The notes under the pieces are model-generated. The model was not told where the DNA came from. It was given only the letters and a program-made list of their open reading frames with translations, and did not search any database. Positions 57,130 to 64,000 of a DNA stretch of 64,000 nucleotides are shown piece after piece. The stretch lies in NCBI GenBank assembly GCA_040389905.1, contig JAZJZK010000027.1, positions 32,001-96,000 of the forward strand. Reading direction: 5' to 3'. This DNA is from Gemmatimonadota bacterium. GTDB lineage: Bacteria; Gemmatimonadota; Gemmatimonadetes; Gemmatimonadales; Gemmatimonadaceae. The position numbers and the translations under genes are program-made. Position 1 is the first letter of the stretch, and every line of letters starts with the position of its first letter.

Positions 57130-57297
57130 CCGCGAGTAACCCAGCTGTGCCGTAGGTTGAAGCGCCCTTTGTAGTTAGCTCGCTCCATGCCGCACCCTAC
57201 GTCGGTGCGTCCTCGAGCGTTGCGCTATACGGCGGCGCTCCGCGGTTCGGCGGTGGTATCCTTTCTCCTGCGGCCTCCGCGGTGGAGCATAGATCAT

Positions 57298-58893
57298 ATG
57301 GACAGAATGGCATTATTTGCCGCGCTTGGCGCATTCCTGATCGCCTCGCCGGCTTTCTTCTTTTTCGGACGCAGCCTCGGCATCGGCAAGGGCAGACAGG
57401 CTGAGATCGAACGCCTCGCCGCCGCGAAGGGCACGGCGGAGGAAACAGCAAAGCGCATCGTCGCCGAGGCGGAACGCGAGGTGGAGACCACCCGCAAGAG
57501 CGCCGTCATCTCCGGGAAGGAAGAGGTGATGAAGTTGCGGGAGACCGCGGAGCAGGAAATGCGGTCCCGCCGAGCCAGTGTCGAGCAGGAGGAGCGTCGC
57601 GTCAGTGAGCGCGAGAGCACCCTCGATCGAAAGCTCGAGCTGGTCGAACAGCGTGATCGAGACGTCGGCCGCCGAGCGAGCGATTTCGGCCGCCGCGAGA
57701 AACTCGTCCAGACGCGCGAAGAGGAACTCGAAAAGCTGATCGCCGACGAGCGTCGCCGCCTCGAGCAGATGGCCGGCATGTCCGCGCAGGACGCCAAGAA
57801 CGAGTTGATTCGCCGGTTGGAAGAAGAAGCACATGCTGACGCGGCCAACATGCTGCGGGAAATCCGCGAGAGTGCCCGCCGGAACGCCGAGCGTGAAGCG
57901 AAGAAAATCGTTGCCCTGGCCATTCAGCGCATTGCGGCGGACACGACGGCGGAGACCACCGTGTCCGCAGTATCGTTGCCGAACGATGAAATGAAGGGCC
58001 GCATCATCGGCCGCGAAGGCAGGAACATTCGCGCCTTCGAGTTGGCCACCGGCGTCGACGTCATTATCGACGATACGCCCGACACCGTCGTGGTTTCCTG
58101 CTTCGATCCGATTCGCCGCGAAGTCGCACGCCTCGCGCTCGAGAAGCTGGTGTCCGATGGTCGAATCCATCCAGGACGCATCGAGGAGGTCGTGAACAAG
58201 TCGAAGAAGGAAGTCGACATCGCGATCGTCGAAACGGGAGAGCAGGCCGCATACAACACCGGCGTCCACGGGTTGCACCCTGAGCTGATCAAGCTCATCG
58301 GACGCATGAAGTGGCGCACGAGTTATGGCCAGAACATCCTCCAGCATTCGCAGGAGGTGGCACACCTCGCGGGCATCATGGCCGCGGAACTCGGACTCGA
58401 CGTGGCGATGTCCAAGCGTGGCGCGCTGCTCCACGATGTGGGCAAGGTGCTCACGCACGAGCATGAAGGCACGCACGTGCAGCTTGGCGTGGAAATGGCC
58501 ACCAAGTACGGCGAAAACCCGCTAGTGGTGAATTGTATTGCGGCGCATCACGACGACGTCCCACATGAGAGCGAAGTTTCGGTGCTCGTTCAGGCTGCCG
58601 ATTCGATATCGGGCTCGCGTCCCGGCGCGCGACGCGAAGCATTTGAGACGTACGTCAAGCGGCTCGAAGGGCTCGAACGCATCGCGTCGAGCTACAAGGG
58701 CGTCGAGCGCGTATTCGCGATTCAGGCGGGCCGCGAAATCCGCGTCATCGTCGTACCGGACGATGTGGATGACATGCGCATGACGACGCTCTCCGAGGAG
58801 ATCGCGCGTCGTATCGAGGCGGAACTCCAGTATCCAGGACAGATCAAGGTGGTGTTGATTCGCGAAACGCGGGCGGTGGACTTTGCCCGCTGA
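57298..58893 (+). CDS. rny: Ribonuclease Y
   Basis: N-terminal TM helix, coiled coil, KH motif '[13 protein letters not shown]', HD motifs 'RTSYGQN' and 'LLHDVGK'. Confidence 0.96.
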   Translation: MDRMALFAALGAFLIASPAFFFFGRSLGIGKGRQAEIERLAAAKGTAEETAKRIVAEAEREVETTRKSAVISGKEEVMKLRETAEQEMRSRRASVEQEERRVSERESTLDRKLELVEQRDRDVGRRASDFGRREKLVQTREEELEKLIADERRRLEQMAGMSAQDAKNELIRRLEEEAHADAANMLREIRESARRNAEREAKKIVALAIQRIAADTTAETTVSAVSLPNDEMKGRIIGREGRNIRAFELATGVDVIIDDTPDTVVVSCFDPIRREVARLALEKLVSDGRIHPGRIEEVVNKSKKEVDIAIVETGEQAAYNTGVHGLHPELIKLIGRMKWRTSYGQNILQHSQEVAHLAGIMAAELGLDVAMSKRGALLHDVGKVLTHEHEGTHVQLGVEMATKYGENPLVVNCIAAHHDDVPHESEVSVLVQAADSISGSRPGARREAFETYVKRLEGLERIASSYKGVERVFAIQAGREIRVIVVPDDVDDMRMTTLSEEIARRIEAELQYPGQIKVVLIRETRAVDFAR

Positions 58894-59767
58894 TCTCATC
58901 GACGGTACCGCTCTCGCGAAGCTGATTCGCGGCGAGGTCGCCGCGGAAGTCACCGGCCTGCACGCCAAGGGGGTGACACCAGGCCTGACCGTCGTTCTTG
59001 TCGGCGACGACGCGGCGAGCGCCGTATACGTCGGCGCGAAGGAGAAGGCATCGCGCGAGGCGGGAATGGCTGGCGAAACCATTCGCTTGCCCTCGACGAC
59101 GACACAAGCCGAGTTGCTCGCGCTCGTCGGACAACTCAATGCCGACACGACGGTGCACGGCATCCTCGTGCAGATGCCGCTGCCGAAGCACATCGACCCG
59201 GACACAGTCATTCGCCACATCGATCCGGCGAAGGACGTCGACGGCTTTCATCCGGTGAACGTCGGCAAGACCCTCATCGGGCACACCGATGGCTTCGCGC
59301 CGTGCACGCCGGCTGGCGTGCAGCGGATGCTCTTGCACTACAATGTTCCGACCAGCGGCGCAGACTGCGTCATCGTCGGACGCAGCACGATCGTCGGCAA
59401 GCCGATGGCGTCGCTGATGGTGCAGGCCGGTGCCGGCGCCGATGCGACCGTCACCATCTGTCACAGCCGTACACGCAACCTCGCCGATCACACGCGTCGT
59501 GCCGACATTCTCATCGTGGCCGCGGGGCGCGCACAGATGGTCACCGGCGACATGGTGAAACCGGGCGCCGTCGTCATCGACGTCGGGATGAACCGCATCG
59601 CCGACGCGTCCACGAAGAGCGGCACGCGCCTCGTCGGTGATGTGGATTTCCAGACTGTGCGCGACGTCGCGTCGTTGATCACGCCAGTTCCCGGCGGCGT
59701 CGGGCCGATGACGATCGCGATGTTGTTGAGAAACACCGTCCGATCGGCTGCACGGTCGATCGGCTGA
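58883..59767 (+). CDS. folD: Methylenetetrahydrofolate dehydrogenase/cyclohydrolase
   Basis: 'KDVDGFHP', 'PCTP', 'GRS.IVGKP', '[11 protein letters not shown]'. Confidence 0.96.
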   Translation: MPADLIDGTALAKLIRGEVAAEVTGLHAKGVTPGLTVVLVGDDAASAVYVGAKEKASREAGMAGETIRLPSTTTQAELLALVGQLNADTTVHGILVQMPLPKHIDPDTVIRHIDPAKDVDGFHPVNVGKTLIGHTDGFAPCTPAGVQRMLLHYNVPTSGADCVIVGRSTIVGKPMASLMVQAGAGADATVTICHSRTRNLADHTRRADILIVAAGRAQMVTGDMVKPGAVVIDVGMNRIADASTKSGTRLVGDVDFQTVRDVASLITPVPGGVGPMTIAMLLRNTVRSAARSIG

Positions 59768-61026
59768 TGCGCCGTCGCGCCGAATCGGCGTCTGGCGGCC
59801 CGGGCGACTCGCCGTCGCTGTTCGATTCCGGGCTTCCGTTCGATGATCCGGTCATCGACGATCCCGATGTCTTTCCAGGTTCCAGCCCGCGGTCGGCCAT
59901 CGCGATTGCGACGCTGACGCAGACCGCTAAGGACATCCTCGAGGGCGCGTTCCCACCCATCTGGGTGCGTGGCGAGATCAGTGACTTCAAGTCGCATCGC
60001 AACGGACACTGGTATTTCGCACTTCGTGATCGCACGTCGCAGCTCAAATGCGTCGTCTGGTCGCGCGACCAGATGGGTATCCCCGCCGCGCCCGACGACG
60101 GAATGCAGGTTACGGCACTCGGCCAGCTCGGCGTGTACGCTGCTCGCGGCGAAATGCAGTTCACCGTCAAGCGGATCGATGCGCAGGGTGATGGGCTCTG
60201 GCGAAAGGCGTTCGACGCCACGCGCGCCAAGCTCGACGCCGAGGGACTCCTCGCTCCCGGCCGAAAGCGCCCACTGCCGAGGCATCCGCGCTGTATTGCT
60301 TTTGTGACGAGCGCCAGCGGGGCGGCATTGCGAGATGTCATCTCGGTGTTGCACCGCCGGGCGCCTGGCGTGGAACTCGTCGTCGTTCACGCGGCGGTGC
60401 AGGGTGCCAGTGCGCCGCAGGAAATCTGCCGCGCGCTCAAGCGCGTCGCGCGGTGGGGAAAGGCGGAACTGGTGATCATCGGACGAGGTGGCGGGTCGCG
60501 CGAGGATCTCTGGGCATTCAATGACGAGCGTGTTGCGCGCGCCGTCGCCGCGTGTGCGGTGCCCACGATTTCGGCGGTCGGTCACGAGGTCGATTTCTCG
60601 ATTTGCGATCTCGTCGCGGACGTTCGCGCCGCAACACCGTCTGCCGCGGCGGAAGCCGCCGTGCGGTCGCACGAGGAAATCGTCGGCGGACTGGTGGCCC
60701 TGCGCCGGCGCATGGTGCAGGCGATCGACAATCGGCTGTACGAACCGAGAGCACGCGCCGTCGCCGCTGCGCACGACATTGCCGGAGCGACGCAGGAACT
60801 CCTGCACGCACGTGGGCATCGTCTCGGCGCCCTGTCGGGCCGACTCAATGCACTCAGTCCGCTCGCAACACTCGAGCGCGGGTACGCCGTTGCACGCGCA
60901 ACGGATGGCCGCACACTGGCATCCGTGGCTGACTTCTCGCCGCAGCTTCCATTCACGCTACGCGTACGCGATGGTGAGATCGATGCCGTTGCCGGCGAGC
61001 GCCATTCGGGTGCGAAGACCGCATGA
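59767..61026 (+). CDS. xseA: Exodeoxyribonuclease VII large subunit
   Basis: 'GEIS', 'GHWYF.L.D', 'RGGGS.EDLW.FN', 'GHE.D', 'TPSAAAE', 'L.RGYA'. Confidence 0.95.
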   Translation: MRRRAESASGGPGDSPSLFDSGLPFDDPVIDDPDVFPGSSPRSAIAIATLTQTAKDILEGAFPPIWVRGEISDFKSHRNGHWYFALRDRTSQLKCVVWSRDQMGIPAAPDDGMQVTALGQLGVYAARGEMQFTVKRIDAQGDGLWRKAFDATRAKLDAEGLLAPGRKRPLPRHPRCIAFVTSASGAALRDVISVLHRRAPGVELVVVHAAVQGASAPQEICRALKRVARWGKAELVIIGRGGGSREDLWAFNDERVARAVAACAVPTISAVGHEVDFSICDLVADVRAATPSAAAEAAVRSHEEIVGGLVALRRRMVQAIDNRLYEPRARAVAAAHDIAGATQELLHARGHRLGALSGRLNALSPLATLERGYAVARATDGRTLASVADFSPQLPFTLRVRDGEIDAVAGERHSGAKTA

Positions 61027-61241
61027 CACTCGAACAGCGCCTCGAGCGCCTCGAGGCGATCGTTGCAGAGCTCGAGCGGGAGAAGCTCGACTTGTCCGCG
61101 GCGTTGACCCTGTTCGAAGAGGGGGTCACCTGCTTGCGCGACGCTGCGGCGTCGCTCGCCGAAGCCGAGACGCGTGTAAGGAAGCTGACCCGGCTGGCCG
61201 ACGGTGCCTTCGTACTCGAGGAGCTCGACGAAGATGAGTGA
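61023..61241 (+). CDS. xseB: Exodeoxyribonuclease VII small subunit
   Basis: 'LE.IV.ELE...L.L...L.LFEEG'. Confidence 0.92.
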   Translation: MTLEQRLERLEAIVAELEREKLDLSAALTLFEEGVTCLRDAAASLAEAETRVRKLTRLADGAFVLEELDEDE

Positions 61242-62142
61242 CGTAGCCGTTCGCGGCGATGTCGCATCGCTCGTACGGCACCGGGACGCGATTCTCGTCG
61301 TGCTCGCAGCCGTCTGCGAGCGCTATCTGCCGGGCTTGCGTCCACCGGTTGGTGAGGCCATTCGCTATGGGCTGATGGGTGAAGGAAAGCGAATGCGAGG
61401 CATCCTCTTTCTGAGCGCCTACGAGGCTGCCGCTGGAACGCACGACGCCGCACTGCTCGGCGCATCGATCGAGGTCGTCCACGCCTATTCGCTCGTGCAC
61501 GACGACCTGCCATGTATGGACGACGACGAGTTCAGGCGCGGGCGACCGACCACTCACCGGGTGTACGGAGTTGCGGCCGCGACGGCAGCGGGCCTCGCCA
61601 TGGTACCGCTCGCCGCCCGCTGCGCAGCGGACGGAGCTCGCCAACTCGGCCTCTCGGAGACCGAGGTGGGAATAATCGTCGCCGAGCTGATGCGTGCCTC
61701 GGGCGCGGGCGGCATGATCGGCGGACAGCTTTTGGACCTCGAGGGTGAAGGGCGGGCGCTCTCGCTCGACGAGCTCGAGCGCATTCATCGCGCGAAGACC
61801 GGCGCGCTCATCACGGCGGCCGCGACCCTCGGCGGCCGGGCCGCCCGCGCAAGCACCGAGCGTCTGGACGCCCTCGCGTTGTATGGTCAGGCGGTCGGCC
61901 TGGCCTTCCAGATTGCCGACGACGTCCTCGACGTCACCGCGACGACCGACCAGCTTGGAAAGACGGCGGGACGGGATCTCGACCTCCAGAAAGGGACGTA
62001 CCCGTCGTTGCTCGGCATTGACGGCGCACGGCATCGGGCGGCAGCGTTGATCGACGAGGGTTGTCGCGCCCTGGACGATGTCGGGCTGCTGACGCCGGAC
62101 CTGGCGCAGATCGCCCGCTTCACCGTGGAGCGCACCTCTTAG
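61234..62142 (+). CDS. ispA: Polyprenyl (farnesyl) diphosphate synthase
   Basis: 'GKRMR', 'SLVHDDLPCMDDD..RRG', 'GGQ..D', 'KTG', 'FQIADD'. Confidence 0.92.
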   Translation: MSDVAVRGDVASLVRHRDAILVVLAAVCERYLPGLRPPVGEAIRYGLMGEGKRMRGILFLSAYEAAAGTHDAALLGASIEVVHAYSLVHDDLPCMDDDEFRRGRPTTHRVYGVAAATAAGLAMVPLAARCAADGARQLGLSETEVGIIVAELMRASGAGGMIGGQLLDLEGEGRALSLDELERIHRAKTGALITAAATLGGRAARASTERLDALALYGQAVGLAFQIADDVLDVTATTDQLGKTAGRDLDLQKGTYPSLLGIDGARHRAAALIDEGCRALDDVGLLTPDLAQIARFTVERTS

Positions 62143-62154
62143 ATTTCCCGGACC

Positions 62155-64000
62155 ATGTCCATTCTCGATCGCATCAATTCGCCCGCCGACATTCGGCCGC
62201 TCACCCGTGACGAGCTTCGCACGCTTGCGGCGGATATCCGCGCCCGCATGGTCGACGTCTGCTCGCGCACCGGTGGCCACATCGGCGCGGGGCTTGGCGT
62301 CGTCGAGCTCACCATCGCGCTGCACTACGCGTTCAAGACGCCGCGCGACCAGCTGGTCTGGGACGTCGGTCACCAGGGCTATCCCCACAAGCTGCTCACC
62401 GGCCGCAATACGCGGATGGAGACACTGCGCCAGGAGAACGGCATCTCCGGCTTCCTCAAGCGCAGCGAGAGCGAGTACGACACCTTCGGCGCCGGTCACG
62501 CGTCCACCGCCATTTCAGCCGGACTCGGCATGGCCGCCGCGCGCGATATCAATGGCGAGGAGGATCTCAAGGTCGTTGCCATTCTCGGCGATGGCGCACT
62601 CACGAGCGGCCTGTCGTACGAAGGGTTGAACAACGCCGGCCATTCGGATCGGGATTTCATCGTCGTCCTGAACGACAACGAGATGTCGATCGCGCCGAAC
62701 GTCGGCGCCATGCACAAGTACCTGACGTCGATTCAGCGGAACCCGCTCTACAACCGGGTGCGGTCGAAGTTGGGCGAAATCGTGGACAACGCCGGCGCTG
62801 TTGGGACGATTGTCCGGAAGTGGGAAGAGAGCATGAAGTCCTTCCTGACCCCCGGCGTGCTCTTCGAAGAGCTGGGCTTCCGCTATTTCGGCCCGATCGA
62901 CGGCCACGATCTCGACATGCTCGTCGATACCTTTGCCGCCGTCCGTGAGCTCGATGGTCCGCGGCTGGTGCACGTCATCACGCAGAAGGGTAAGGGCTTT
63001 CCGGCGGGAGAACACGCGACGGGTGAGAAGTGGCACGCGCTACCGCCGGGTCACGATCCCTCGACCGGCAAGCAGCTCAAGGTGTCGACCGCCAACCCCG
63101 CATACACGGCAGCGTTCGGAAAGGGACTCACTGAGCTTGCCACCGAGAACAAGAAAGTCGTGACGATCACGGCGGCGATGCCGAGCGGCACGGGTGTGGG
63201 CACTTTCGCCAAAACGCATCCCGATCGGTTCTTCGACGTCGGCATCGCCGAGGGACACGCGGTGACCTTCGCGGCGGGGCTTGCGACACGTGGTTTGCGA
63301 CCGGTGTGCGCGATCTACTCGACGTTCCTCCAGCGCGCCTACGACAACATCATTCACGACTGCGCGATTCAGTCGTTGCCGGTTGTCTTCGCGATGGACC
63401 GTGCTGGACTCGTTGGTGAGGATGGCGAAACGCATGCGGGGCTCTATGACATCGCCTACATGTTGGCGGTCCCGAACATGACCGTGACCGCGCCGAAGGA
63501 CGGGCGCGAAATGCTTGCGCTGCTACGCGCAGGAATCGAGCAGTCGCGCGGGCCGTTCTGCTTGCGCTATCCGCGTGATGCTGTCCCCGCAGCCGTGCCG
63601 GATATGCAGGACATCGCAGCCACCCCGCATGCGACGTGGGAAGTGCTGCGCAATGGATCGGAGGTGGCGATCCTCGCGGTCGGAACGATGGTCGGTACCG
63701 CGCTTGCCGCCGCAGCGACACTCGCGGAGGAAGGGCTCGACGTCTCTGTCGTGAACTGTCGCTACCTGAAACCGTACGATGAAGTGACGCTCGCCGCGAT
63801 ACTCTCGCAGCACAAGCAGATCCTCATCGTCGAGGAAGGCACCGTGATCAATGGGTTTGGCGCATACATGAGCGCGATCATCGAACGTCACGATCCCGGT
63901 GTCCGCGTCCACACACACGGTGTTCCCGATCGGATCATCTATGCCGCATCGCGCGCCACGCAGTTGGCGGCGTTGGGGCTGGACGCGCCGGGAATTGCCG
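62155..64000 (+). CDS. dxs: 1-deoxy-D-xylulose-5-phosphate synthase (runs off the window end)
   Basis: Translated by hand: MSILDRINSPADIR...GGHIGAGLGVVELTIALH...WDVGHQGYPHKLLTGR...GDGALT...GIAEGHAVTFAAGLA. Absent from the ORF track because it has no stop in the window. Confidence 0.95.
   Translation, partial: MSILDRINSPADIRPLTRDELRTLAADIRARMVDVCSRTGGHIGAGLGVVELTIALHYAFKTPRDQLVWDVGHQGYPHKLLTGRNTRMETLRQENGISGFLKRSESEYDTFGAGHASTAISAGLGMAAARDINGEEDLKVVAILGDGALTSGLSYEGLNNAGHSDRDFIVVLNDNEMSIAPNVGAMHKYLTSIQRNPLYNRVRSKLGEIVDNAGAVGTIVRKWEESMKSFLTPGVLFEELGFRYFGPIDGHDLDMLVDTFAAVRELDGPRLVHVITQKGKGFPAGEHATGEKWHALPPGHDPSTGKQLKVSTANPAYTAAFGKGLTELATENKKVVTITAAMPSGTGVGTFAKTHPDRFFDVGIAEGHAVTFAAGLATRGLRPVCAIYSTFLQRAYDNIIHDCAIQSLPVVFAMDRAGLVGEDGETHAGLYDIAYMLAVPNMTVTAPKDGREMLALLRAGIEQSRGPFCLRYPRDAVPAAVPDMQDIAATPHATWEVLRNGSEVAILAVGTMVGTALAAAATLAEEGLDVSVVNCRYLKPYDEVTLAAILSQHKQILIVEEGTVINGFGAYMSAIIERHDPGVRVHTHGVPDRIIYAASRATQLAALGLDAPGIA

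Overview
High-GC bacterial chromosomal window with no phage, integrase, transposase or CRISPR array. Gene content and order suggest Gemmatimonadota, but this is inference only. 1-8.7 kb is the tail of a surface-polysaccharide/LPS locus: flippase, GT4 glycosyltransferase, three class I methyltransferases, NDP-sugar C-methyltransferase, gmd and heptose kinase. 8.8-19.7 kb is the most interesting part, a putative sphingolipid-like cluster. It has an NAD-dependent reductase, a ~1620-aa FAAL + acyl-CoA dehydrogenase + ACP + PLP alpha-oxoamine synthase fusion, an AUR1/IPC-synthase-like PAP2 protein, a bacterial ceramide-synthase-like GNAT and an MlaEFD-type lipid ABC transporter. Next come tRNA-Val(CAC), an SLBB polysaccharide export protein and a long housekeeping run: obgE, dprA, hemW, hrcA, dnaJ, prmA, rsmE, hinT, mutS2, dnaG, recJ, rsmD, coaD, pta, an RsbVWU-like module, rsmA, rex, arcA, infC-rpmI-rplT, pheST, zapA, rny, folD, xseAB, ispA and a partial dxs. 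Intergenic regions hold several palindromic repeat families, a perfect Rex operator, an ATT-initiated infC with an attenuator-like leader and several apparently leaderless promoters. All calls come from motif recognition by eye; no searches were run.
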